NCBI GenBank assembly: GCA_040289515.1
Contig: PSLI01000018.1
Location: 1 to 36,443, forward strand
Reading direction: 5' to 3'
Length of the DNA stretch: 36,443 nt
Origin: Candidatus Sysuimicrobiota bacterium
GTDB lineage: Bacteria; Sysuimicrobiota; Sysuimicrobiia; Sysuimicrobiales; Sysuimicrobiaceae
In this document: positions 10,284 to 18,501 of the stretch, one piece after another
How the letters are laid out: each line of letters starts with the position of its first letter
Position numbering within the stretch: position 1 is the stretch's first letter
The notes under the pieces: model-generated
Seen by the model: only the letters and a program-made list of their open reading frames with translations
Databases searched by the model: none
Told to the model about the DNA's origin: nothing
Program-made: the position numbers and the translations under genes

Positions 10284-10327
10284 GAATCCCCCCCGTTGGG
10301 TCGAACACACTGTTGGAGGTGGTAGCC

Positions 10328-10456
10328 GTGTCCGAGTACTTGCCGGAGATGTCTGCGTGATTTCGCCTGGCGCTGACGACCGGGGGATTCCCGGCCGCCA
10401 TCGCGGGCCTGCAGTGGGTGGAGGGAGTGCTGGCCGAGCGCGGCGAGTTTACATAA
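10328..10456 (+). pseudogene. Remnant of a carboxymuconolactone decarboxylase (CMD/AhpD)-family gene with an in-frame TGA and a large internal deletion
   Basis: SD GGAGGT (10315-10320) then GTG. A single frame reads MSEYLPEMSA*FR|LALTTGGFPAAIAGLQWVEGVLAERGEFT*. The two ends resemble the N-terminus (YLP..Y..F) and C-terminus (L.LTT.GFP..IA...W...VL) of ~100-aa CMD proteins. Recognised from memory, not searched. Confidence 0.65.
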
Positions 10457-10473
10457 CGTACATTCTGCGAAGT
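10446..10473 (-). other. dif: dif chromosome dimer resolution site (XerC/XerD)
   Basis: The minus strand reads ACTTCGCAGAA-TGTACG-TTATGTAAACT in 11-6-11 format. The XerD arm is identical to B. subtilis dif (TTATGTAAACT) and the XerC arm matches ACTTCCTAGAA at 9/11. It is an AT-rich island where gene orientation inverts. Confidence 0.9.
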
Positions 10474-10487
10474 TGAGAACCGACCCC

Positions 10488-10514
10488 TTGCGGCGTGCGT
10501 TATGCTCGTATGCT
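10488..10514 (+). promoter_or_regulatory. Possible sigma70-type promoter for the GH130 gene
   Basis: TTGCGG (10488-10493) and TATGCT (two copies, at 10501 and 10509). The spacing is non-ideal (15 nt to the second copy). Confidence 0.3.
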
Positions 10515-10589
10515 GGCGGCCGAAAGCCGGCCAGGTCCGGACCCGGGCCCGTGACGGAGGAAGACAAGGCACCGAAAAGGAGACGTGAC

Positions 10590-11609
10590 ATGCCAACTGC
10601 CCTGGAGCACTCCCCTGTGGTTGTGGCGGCGCCGCGCCTTGTGCGTCACCCGGCGAACCCCATTCTCCGGCCCACCCAGCACTGGTGGGAGAACCGGTGG
10701 GTGTACAACGCGGCAGCGGCGGTGTACCGCGGCCGCGTCCACCTCCTGTACCGCGCTCAAGGCGTGGACTGGGTCTCCCGCTTGGGGCTGGCCGTGATGT
10801 CCGAGGACGGGGTGACCGTGGAGTCCCGGAGCCCCCGGCCGGTGTTCGAACCCGCTTGCGACAACCCCTGGGAGCGCCTGGGCGTGGAAGACCCCCGCCT
10901 CACCCGGATCGGGGACGTGTTCTACCTGTGCTACACCGCTGCGTCCCTGTACCCTGCCGTCAAACCCCCGGTTTCCAGGCGGCCCACCCCCTTCGGGGAC
11001 GGGGTCCCCTGGAGGACCCGCATCGCCATCGCTACCACCCGTGACCTGCGCCACTTCCGGCGGCGGGCCATCGCCTTCCGCAACTGGGACAACAAAAACG
11101 GGGCCCTGTTCCCCCGAAAGTTTGAGGGTCGGTACCTTCTGCTGCACCGCATCTTCCCCGACATCCACCTGGGCGTGTCCCGGGACCTGCACCACTGGCA
11201 CAACTACGGACCCATCCTGCGGGTTCGGCCCGGGATGTGGGACGGTAACCGCATCGGTATCGCGGGCCCCCCCCTGCCCACCCCTTACGGGTGGCTGCTC
11301 ATCTACCACGGCGTGGACGAAGCCCGCACCTACCGCCTGGGGGTAGCCCTGCTGGACCTGGAGGACCCCCGGGGGGTGCTGGGACGGTGCGACGAGCCCA
11401 TCCTGGAGCCCGAGGAGCCCTACGAGCGGGAGGGACTGGTCCCCAACGTGGTGTTCTCCTGCGGCGCGGTGTACTACCGGGGCCAAATCCTGGTGTACTA
11501 CGGAGCCGCCGATAGCGTGGTGTGCCTGGCCACGGTGCCGCGGGAGCGCCTGTGGGGATGGGCCCGCGAGGTGGCCCTCCGCAGTCGGCACGACGGACAG
11601 AAACGGTAG
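10590..11609 (+). CDS. GH130 family glycoside phosphorylase/hydrolase (beta-mannoside active, 5-bladed propeller)
   Basis: NPILRP, VYNAAA, LLYRA, SRLGLA, GVEDPR, DNKNGALFP, LLHR, WLLIYHG, EREGLVPNVVF and YYGAAD. SD AAAGGAG precedes ATG 10590. Confidence 0.9.
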   Translation: MPTALEHSPVVVAAPRLVRHPANPILRPTQHWWENRWVYNAAAAVYRGRVHLLYRAQGVDWVSRLGLAVMSEDGVTVESRSPRPVFEPACDNPWERLGVEDPRLTRIGDVFYLCYTAASLYPAVKPPVSRRPTPFGDGVPWRTRIAIATTRDLRHFRRRAIAFRNWDNKNGALFPRKFEGRYLLLHRIFPDIHLGVSRDLHHWHNYGPILRVRPGMWDGNRIGIAGPPLPTPYGWLLIYHGVDEARTYRLGVALLDLEDPRGVLGRCDEPILEPEEPYEREGLVPNVVFSCGAVYYRGQILVYYGAADSVVCLATVPRERLWGWAREVALRSRHDGQKR

Positions 11610-11610
11610 C

Positions 11611-12654
11611 CTACGCTCGCGCGCGGGCCAGACGAAGGACCCGTTCGTAGGCCTGAAGGTGCTGTTCGGCCTCCCGCCGGGCGTGGAAGCGCTCGGCCAC
11701 CCACGCCCGGCACGCTTCCCGGGAGAGGGTGCGCACCTGCCGCACCGCTTGCACCGCTTCCTCTACCTCGGCCACCACGAACCCTGTGCGCCCGTGCGCC
11801 ACCACCTCCGGCACCGATCCCCGTCGGGTACCCACCACGGGCAGGCCGCAGGCCATGGCCTCGATCATGGTCAGGCCGAAGGACTCTTCGTACTCCACCA
11901 GGTGCAGGAAGGCCAGCGCCCCGCAGCAGAGCCGGTTTCTCTCCCGTGCGTCCACGGGGCCCACGAAGCGCACCAGCTCCCCATCCAGGTGAGGCTCCAC
12001 CTCCTGCCGGAAGTACGCCTCCTCCTCCGGCGGCACGATGCCGCCCAGCACCAAGGGAATGCGGGTGCGGCGGGCTACCGCGATGGCGTGGTGCACACCC
12101 TTCACCCGGGCGATGCGGCCCACGAACAGCAGGTAGTCTCCGTGGCGTTCCTCGAAGGGGAAGTGCTCCACCTCCACCCCGTGGGGGATGGTGGCCACGT
12201 AGTTGAGCTCCGGCAGAAGACGCCGCTCGGCCTCGCTGAGGGCCAGGTACGGGAGGTGGTGGAAGCGCCGGTACAAGACCTGGCTATCTGGTTCCGCACC
12301 CGAGCCGTGGAGGGTTACCACCAGGGGCGTGCGCACGAAGGGCGTATAGCTCACCACGAAGGAGCCCGCATGGCTGTGGACCAGGTCGAACGCCTCCGCC
12401 TGCTGCAGGCAGTGCACCGCGTGCAGGATTTCGTAAGCACGGCTGCGGCCCCGGAGCTCGGGGTCCTCCTGGAGGGGTCGGGGGACCATGCTCTCCAGCT
12501 TGGCGGAGGTAACGGAGTCGGCGGTGGCGAACAGGGTCACGTCCACGCCGAGCCGCACCAGAGCCTCGGTCAGGGTAGCTACCGCCTGCTCCCATCCTCC
12601 GTAGTGCCGCGGCGGAACCCGCCATGCCACGGGTGCCAGCATGGCCACCTTCAC
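11611..12654 (-). CDS. GT4 glycosyltransferase
   Basis: VPPRHYGGWE, TLFATADS, LLFVGRI..KG and the EESFGLTMIEAMACG (E-x7-E) motif. The GTG start overlaps the upstream TGA. Confidence 0.92.
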   Translation of the reverse strand: MKVAMLAPVAWRVPPRHYGGWEQAVATLTEALVRLGVDVTLFATADSVTSAKLESMVPRPLQEDPELRGRSRAYEILHAVHCLQQAEAFDLVHSHAGSFVVSYTPFVRTPLVVTLHGSGAEPDSQVLYRRFHHLPYLALSEAERRLLPELNYVATIPHGVEVEHFPFEERHGDYLLFVGRIARVKGVHHAIAVARRTRIPLVLGGIVPPEEEAYFRQEVEPHLDGELVRFVGPVDARERNRLCCGALAFLHLVEYEESFGLTMIEAMACGLPVVGTRRGSVPEVVAHGRTGFVVAEVEEAVQAVRQVRTLSREACRAWVAERFHARREAEQHLQAYERVLRLARARA

Positions 12655-13655
12655 GCCTCCACCCCGGCCCAGGCCACAGCCGCCAGAAGGTATGCCAGAC
12701 AGGCCTCTGCCCCCCGGTTCTCGCTGGGGCCCTCCTCCCCCAGGCCGTCGCGACAGGCGCCCGAGGGGTCCACCAGGACCGCCCCGGCGACGTTCCTGCC
12801 CCAGAACCACTCCCACGCCAACTGAGCCGCCCGGCGATAGTGCGGCTGCGCGGTCAGCCGGTAAGCCTCCACGCATGCCTCCACCAGGGCTCCGGGATCC
12901 ACGGGCTGCTGGTCCCACCGGTCCTTTCGCCCGCCTCTGGGGTACCAGCCTCGGTTGCCCACGGGGACCACCAGCCCGTCCTCCACCATCACATTCAGCA
13001 AGAAGTCCAGCGTCCGCAGCGCGGCTTCGCGCCACCGGCTGGGTCGCCGCCGGCTCGCGAGCAAAAGACCGTGCGGGACCCGGGCCAGCTCGTACGTGAG
13101 GATCGGTTCGGGCCACGGCCACGCGGGGTCGGTGGCTGCCAACTGCGCCCACAGCGCCTCCGCCACCGACTCCGTCTGGTCAACCTCCTCTAGTTCCGCC
13201 AGACCCAGCAGCGCGTTGGCCCTTCCCCTGATGGTCTTTAGCTGGTAGGCCGTGGGAAGAACCCGCCGCAGCAGCTCCCTCGCCCGACCGCGGAGTCTCG
13301 GGGGCAGTTCCGAGCTCGACGCGCAGCCCAGCGCCCACAGGCACCGGCCCTGGCAGTCCTCCGACCGGCCGTCCGGGGCCCGGGTACGGTCCTCTTGCCA
13401 CACGTTCCAAACCCAACCGTCCGGCCCCACGCTGCGTTCAAGGAACGACAGGTACACCTCGGCCAGGTCCTCCAGCCCGAGCCGGCTCGCCACCACCAGG
13501 GCCCGGGCGTTGTCGTCCGCGGTGTACCCGGTGCTGGGATCCGGGTCGGGCCCGCGGGAAAACTGCACCAGACCGAAGGAGTCCGTCATCCGCCGCAGAT
13601 GCGCCAGCTGCGGCCGGACACAGGTAGGTGCGCGTACCGTCAACGCCATCACCAC
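12651..13655 (-). CDS. Six-hairpin glycosidase-like protein (stand-alone version of the domain often fused C-terminally to GT4 mannosyltransferases)
   Basis: HLRRMTD..GLVQF, GYTADDNARAL, SEDCQGR.LWALG, WPWPE..LTYE, PVGNRGW, WDQQPVD, WFWGRN, GACRDGL and NRGAE. The start was chosen from the SD AGGAGG. Confidence 0.8.
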   Translation of the reverse strand: MVMALTVRAPTCVRPQLAHLRRMTDSFGLVQFSRGPDPDPSTGYTADDNARALVVASRLGLEDLAEVYLSFLERSVGPDGWVWNVWQEDRTRAPDGRSEDCQGRCLWALGCASSSELPPRLRGRARELLRRVLPTAYQLKTIRGRANALLGLAELEEVDQTESVAEALWAQLAATDPAWPWPEPILTYELARVPHGLLLASRRRPSRWREAALRTLDFLLNVMVEDGLVVPVGNRGWYPRGGRKDRWDQQPVDPGALVEACVEAYRLTAQPHYRRAAQLAWEWFWGRNVAGAVLVDPSGACRDGLGEEGPSENRGAEACLAYLLAAVAWAGVEA

Positions 13656-13686
13656 CCCGGACACTCCTCCTGGACGGTACCGGTCC

Positions 13687-14895
13687 TCAGACGGCGGCCT
13701 CCGCCGCGGCCCGGTCCACGGCCTGCTCGAACACTGCTGCGTACCGGGCGGCGACCCGTGGCCAGCGCATAGGCAGGCTCGCCACGTACGCCCGCTCGCC
13801 TAGCCGCGCCCGCCGGCCCGGATCAGCCAGCAGCTCGTCCAGCGCCCGCGCCAGCGCCTGCGGGTCCCGGAACGGCACCAGGACTCCGCGGCCGTCCGAC
13901 AGCACCTCCACGGCGTACCGATACGGCGTGGAGACCACCGCACACCCGGCCGCCAGAGCCCACGATAGGGTTCCGCTGACGATCTGGTCCGGGTTCTGGT
14001 AAGGTGTCACGTACACATCGGTGGCCTGCAGGTACGCCAGGATCTCTTCGTCCCGTAGGTAGCGGTTCTCGAACCGAACGTGCTTGGACAGCTGCAGGGT
14101 CCGCACGCGATCCAGGAGCACGTTGCGGTAGCGCTCCCCTTCCCGGCGACGCACGTTGGGATGGGTCTCACCCAGGACCAGGTACAGCGCCTCCGGGTGG
14201 CGTTCCACCACCGCGGGGAGGGCTTCCAAAACGTCCTCGATCCCCTTCCCCGGACTGACCAGTCCGAAGGTGGACACCACCAGGCGCCCATGCAGTCCCA
14301 GGCGCCGCTTGGCTTCCTCCCTGGGCACCGGCTCCACCGTAGGCACCCCGTGCCCGATGACGTGTACGCGGCTGCGCGGCACGCCGTAGCGGGCTTCCAG
14401 CAGGTCCACCGCGGAGGGGCTCATGACCACCACCGCCGCGGCCCGACGGCAAAGGGTCCGCACCACCTTTCTCGCCCGCGGCGGCGGATCCGGAAGAACC
14501 GTGTGCAGGGTCACCACCAGGGGGCGGTCCAGTCCCTCCACCAGCTCCAGCACGTGTTCCCCCCACTCGCCCCCGAAGATGCCGAACTCGTGCTGGAGGT
14601 TCACCACGTGGGCGTCGCTGCGGTTGAGGACCTCCGCCGCCGCCCGATACTCCTCCGGTGCGTCCTCGTGGATCTGCAGGCGTACCTCCGGCCCATAGGC
14701 GTACCCTGCCCCCTCCTCGTCCATCGCCACCACCCAGGTACGGATCCCCACGTCCCGCAGGGCACGGGACAGGTCCCGGGTGAAGGTGGCAATCCCGCAC
14801 TCCCTGGGCGGGTAGGTGGAGATCAAAGCCGCAACCAGCGGTTGTCGCAGCGGCCACCCGTTGCCGGCGAGCTGGCCGACACGCGGACCGTTCAT
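13687..14895 (-). CDS. GT4 glycosyltransferase (mannosyltransferase-like subfamily)
   Basis: STYPPRECGIATFT, LQHEFGIFGG, TLHTV, TFGLVSPGKGIE, GETHP, YVTPY.NPDQIVSGTL and VSTPY. SD AAGGAGGT. Confidence 0.93.
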   Translation of the reverse strand: MNGPRVGQLAGNGWPLRQPLVAALISTYPPRECGIATFTRDLSRALRDVGIRTWVVAMDEEGAGYAYGPEVRLQIHEDAPEEYRAAAEVLNRSDAHVVNLQHEFGIFGGEWGEHVLELVEGLDRPLVVTLHTVLPDPPPRARKVVRTLCRRAAAVVVMSPSAVDLLEARYGVPRSRVHVIGHGVPTVEPVPREEAKRRLGLHGRLVVSTFGLVSPGKGIEDVLEALPAVVERHPEALYLVLGETHPNVRRREGERYRNVLLDRVRTLQLSKHVRFENRYLRDEEILAYLQATDVYVTPYQNPDQIVSGTLSWALAAGCAVVSTPYRYAVEVLSDGRGVLVPFRDPQALARALDELLADPGRRARLGERAYVASLPMRWPRVAARYAAVFEQAVDRAAAEAAV

Positions 14896-14983
14896 CGTAC
14901 CACCTCCTTCTCGGCCCGTGGTACCGCGGGCGCGCGTGCTCCGGCGACGAGGCCTGAATTTTCCAGCTGCCCCGGGAATCCGG

Positions 14984-14996
14984 TGCTATTATAGCA
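14984..14996. promoter_or_regulatory. Overlapping divergent extended -10 elements (bidirectional promoter candidate)
   Basis: Palindrome TGCTAT-T-ATAGCA. The minus strand reads TG-C-TATAAT toward the GT4 operon and the plus strand reads TG-C-TATTAT toward DUF420. Confidence 0.6.
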
Positions 14997-15012
14997 GACA
15001 GGCTATCGTGCT

Positions 15013-15441
15013 GTGACGGGATCCTTGGCGTTCGCGTGGCTGGCGCCCCTGAACACCGCGCTGATCCTCGTGAGCGGGCTCGCGGTGATGGCGGGCTACC
15101 TGTGCATCCGCGCGCGGAAGGTCCCTTGGCACCACCGGCTCATGCTCACCGCCTCGGGCTTTGCCGCAGCGTTCCTGGTCGTGTACGCAGTGCGCTGGGC
15201 CCTGGTGGGTTCCAAGCCCTTCACGGGTGCGGGCTGGCTACGCGCCGCGTACCTATCGGTGCTGGCCAGCCACGTGATCTTGGCCATCCTCCTGGCACCC
15301 CTGGCGCTGGTGACCCTGCGGCGGGCGCTGCAGGGGCAGTGGGACGCCCACCGGCACCTCGCGCGCCGGGCGCTGCCCGTGTGGCTGTACGTAGCCGCCA
15401 GCGGCTGGGTGGTCTACTGGATGCTATACGGCCTGCGCTAG
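15013..15441 (+). CDS. DUF420 (YozB-like) four-TM membrane protein
   Basis: Four hydrophobic segments with the DUF420 pattern H.R.ML.A, FL..Y, F.G.G.LR..Y..VL.SHV.LA and HR.LAR..LP.WLYV..SG..VY.MLY. Confidence 0.85.
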   Translation: MTGSLAFAWLAPLNTALILVSGLAVMAGYLCIRARKVPWHHRLMLTASGFAAAFLVVYAVRWALVGSKPFTGAGWLRAAYLSVLASHVILAILLAPLALVTLRRALQGQWDAHRHLARRALPVWLYVAASGWVVYWMLYGLR

Positions 15442-15598
15442 CCAGTCGCCCTCCGGGGGTTCCACCGCAGCCTGCCGCAAGAGCTTCAGCCCCCGGGGCC
15501 TGCACCAGTCTGTCCGCCTTCTGCATGCAGCTCGGGGATCTGCAGTTCGATCGAGTCCACCTCTAACCCAAACAGAGAAGCTGCCGGTGGCCCTTTTT

Positions 15599-16755
15599 TC
15601 AGGGTCCCCCCTGAACTGCCATCAGCCTGTACCCTAGCCCCGCGAGGCCGCAAGCGCCGAGGACGGGAATGATTCCGACTTTGAAGCGCCACAAAGCTAC
15701 GAAGGCGGCCGTGCCCGTCACGGCCGCGAACCATTCGAACGGCCCCTGAAATCCCTGTGGCCACAGCACGTGCTGGGCAAAGCGCAGCGCCAAGTTCAGG
15801 ATCACCCCCACCACCGCAGCGGTGATGCGGGAAAGTGGCGATGCGAACCTGAGATCGCCCCGCGTCCGCTCGACAATCGGCGCACCGACCCGGATAAACA
15901 GGAACGATGGGAAGAAGGTAAAGAAGGTGGCCACGGTCGCGCCGGCCATACCCGCGAGTCCGAGGAAAAGTGAATCTACACCGAACAGTCCGCTGTTCCA
16001 GCCGCCGACAAAACCAACGAGTGTCACCACCATGATCCGGGGCCCGGGCGTGGTCTCGCCCAGCGCCAGCCCGTCGATCCTCTGCGCGGCTGTGAGCCAC
16101 CGGTGTTGCTCTACGGCCCCTTGATAGAGGTAGGACAGGACCGCATACGCGCCGCCGAACGTGACGAGCGCGGCCTTGGTGAAGAACCAGCCCATCTGCG
16201 TCAGTACGCCCTGCCACCCGTAAAGCTTGTACAGGAGTCCCATGGCGCCGATCCAGAGGCTCAGACCCACGGCCACGTAGGCGATGACGTGAGACCATTT
16301 GAAATGCGTGTGTTGCGGCGGCGGCGTGCCATCGTCGATGAGCGCCGGGCCGTCGCTTTTGTGACCGCCGTCGTGATGGCCGCTGGCGTGGAACGACTCC
16401 GGCCCCAGTTTTCCGCCGAGATAGCCCAGAAGGGCGGCCCCGAGCACCATGGGAGCACGAACAATGTGCCGGCGACGCCCCCGCCCCAGGTGCCGTGCAT
16501 GAGCCAGCCCATGTAGGTGGCGAGCTGCTGGGCCTCCGGCCCAGGCAACAGCATGCAGGAGTTGAGCGCGCGGAGGAAGCGGTGTTCGGAGATCCAGCGG
16601 CGTCGCTCCACAAGCTCGTGGTGCATCATGGAAATCTGTCCTGCCGGTCCGCCAAAGCTCAGGAAGCCAAGCTTGAGCCAGTAGCGGAATGTCTCGCCGA
16701 AGGGAATCCCCGAAGGCGGGTGGGTGTGCTTGCTTTCCGCGGGCGCTGCGGCCAT
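15599..16755 (-). pseudogene. chrA: Chromate efflux transporter (long-chain CHR) pseudogene with an internal deletion and frameshift
   Basis: The N-part ([44 protein letters not shown]) is in one frame. The C-part (FFTKAALVTFGGAYAV, GLALGETTPGP, ITAAVVGVILNLA) is in another. They join at ~16450, and the intervening TM segments are missing. Confidence 0.88.
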
Positions 16756-16818
16756 GACCAGTCGGCCCCTCCGTCGACACTGGACACCTTCGCCGGCAGT
16801 CACCGTCGCCGAGTTCTA

Positions 16819-18480
16819 TCAGCCCACCCGGAGGACGGCTCCCTGCGAGGCGGAGCCCACGAGCGCCGCGTACCGGGCGAACAGGCCGGTCCGGTACTTG
16901 GGCGGGGGCGGGGCGAACTGGGGCCGCCTGCGCTCCAACTCCTCCCGCGGCACCTCCACATCCAGCCGCCGGGCCTCCAGGTCGATGACGATGGGGTCGC
17001 CGTCCCGCACGAGGGCGATGGGGCCGCCTACCTGAGCCTCGGGCGCCACGTGTCCTACCATCAGCCCTCGTGTGCCGCCCGAGAACCGCCCGTCGGTCAC
17101 CAGTGCCACCTCCGGGCCCAACCCACGGCCCACAAGGGCCGACGTTACGGACAGCATCTCGGGCATGCCCGGCGCTCCCTTGGGGCCCTCGTAGCGGATA
17201 ACCACCACGTCCCCGGGCTGCACGTGGCCTTCCAGGACTGCCTGCAGCGCGGCAGGTTCCCCATCGAACACCCGGGCGGGCCCCCGGAAGAAGGTGCGCT
17301 CCGTGCCCGCGACCTTCACCACCGCGCCCTCGGGTGCCAGGGAGCCCCGCAGCACCGCCAACCCCCCGTGCGGCTTGATGGGCCGGGCGGCGGAGTACAC
17401 CACCTGCTGCCCGGCTGTCTCGGATGGTTCTCCCACCTCCTCCGCCAGGGTCCTGCCGGTGATGGTGCGCTGCTCCCCGTCCAGCAACCCGGCCTCCAGC
17501 ATGCGTCGGAACACCAGCGGCGTGCCGCCTGCCTCGTAAAGCTCCCAGGCGGTGTAGGTCCCCCACGGGCGCAGGTCCGCGATCACCGGGGTGCGGCGGG
17601 AGACACGGTCGAAGTCATCCAGCTCCAGGGGCACGCCCACCTCCTGGGCCAGGGCCAGCAGGTGCAGCACCGCGTTGGTGGATCCACCCGTGGCCGCCAC
17701 GGTGGCCACCGCGTTGAGGAAGGACTGCCGGGTGAGGAACCCCCGGGGGGCCCGGCCTGCCCGGATGGCCTCCGCCAGGATGGCGCCGGCCCTCCGGGTG
17801 GCCTCGCGCTTCTCGGGGACCACCGCGGGGATCCCGTTGTAGCCCACGGGCGATAGGCCCAGAGCCTCCAACACCAGGGCCATGGTGTTGGCGGTGTACT
17901 GCCCGCCGCAGGCCCCGGGACCCGGGACCGCGTGCTGCTCCACGCGTTCGAACTCCTCCAGGCTCATCTGGCCCGCGCTGTACCTGCCCACTGCCTCGAA
18001 GGGGTCCACGATGGTGAGCTTGCGGCCGTTCAGCACGCCGGGAGCTACCGTTCCCCCGTACAGGACGATGCCGGGGACCCCGCTGCGGATCACCCCCATG
18101 GCGCCGCCGGGGATGGTCTTGTCGCAGCCCACCAGCACCGCCACCCCGTCGTACAGGTAGCCCTGCGCGACGACCTCCACCGCATCCGCCACTACCTCCC
18201 GGCTTACCAGGCTGGCCCGCATGGCCTCCGTGCCCATGGCCATGGCGTCGTTGACCGCAGGTGCGCCGAACTCAAACGCCAGAACCCCTGCGTCCTGCAG
18301 CCCCGCCCGCAGCTCCCGGGCCAGGTCCCGCAGGTGGAGGTTGCACGGCATGCCGTCCGTCCACGTGTTCACCACGCCCACGAAGGGCTTGGGGAAGTCC
18401 TCGTCCCGCAGGCCCACAGCCCGCAGCATGGCTCGCGCAGGCGAACGGGCCACGCCCGCCTTCAGCGCGTCGCTCCGCAT
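16819..18480 (-). CDS. ilvD: Dihydroxy-acid dehydratase
   Basis: [41 protein letters not shown] and [16 protein letters not shown]. Confidence 0.95.
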   Translation of the reverse strand: MRSDALKAGVARSPARAMLRAVGLRDEDFPKPFVGVVNTWTDGMPCNLHLRDLARELRAGLQDAGVLAFEFGAPAVNDAMAMGTEAMRASLVSREVVADAVEVVAQGYLYDGVAVLVGCDKTIPGGAMGVIRSGVPGIVLYGGTVAPGVLNGRKLTIVDPFEAVGRYSAGQMSLEEFERVEQHAVPGPGACGGQYTANTMALVLEALGLSPVGYNGIPAVVPEKREATRRAGAILAEAIRAGRAPRGFLTRQSFLNAVATVAATGGSTNAVLHLLALAQEVGVPLELDDFDRVSRRTPVIADLRPWGTYTAWELYEAGGTPLVFRRMLEAGLLDGEQRTITGRTLAEEVGEPSETAGQQVVYSAARPIKPHGGLAVLRGSLAPEGAVVKVAGTERTFFRGPARVFDGEPAALQAVLEGHVQPGDVVVIRYEGPKGAPGMPEMLSVTSALVGRGLGPEVALVTDGRFSGGTRGLMVGHVAPEAQVGGPIALVRDGDPIVIDLEARRLDVEVPREELERRRPQFAPPPPKYRTGLFARYAALVGSASQGAVLRVG

Positions 18481-18501
18481 CGTCCTGCCTCCTTCCTCCG
18501 G

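Noticed and set aside
10358..10360. In-frame TGA as selenocysteine or readthrough
   Set aside because: The position does not correspond to a Cys motif, no convincing SECIS is present, and the gene is also internally deleted.
10257..10411. Long imperfect hairpin (GGCCCGC/GCGGGCC, GGAATCCCCC/GGGGGATTCC, GGTCG/CGACC) resembling 6S RNA
   Set aside because: The 3' arm is better explained as CMD-pseudogene coding sequence. The 6S-like motifs are split between strands, the pairing next to the central bubble is not canonical, and no promoter fits. A cmscan against the Rfam 6S model would settle it.
10513..10534. GAAA-containing hairpin in the GH130 leader as a c-di-GMP-I riboswitch
   Set aside because: It lacks the GGCAAAC...GACGCAAAGC core and the second stem. 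It is only a simple hairpin.
15442..15598. Possible HMA/CopZ-like remnant (VDSIELQIPELHAEGG) on the minus strand downstream of chrA
   Set aside because: There is no CxxC, the stretch is too short and the similarity is only impressionistic.
10474..16800. Xer-integrated mobile element (IMEX) bounded by a second dif copy
   Set aside because: No second dif-like site, integrase, or phage/plasmid gene was seen.
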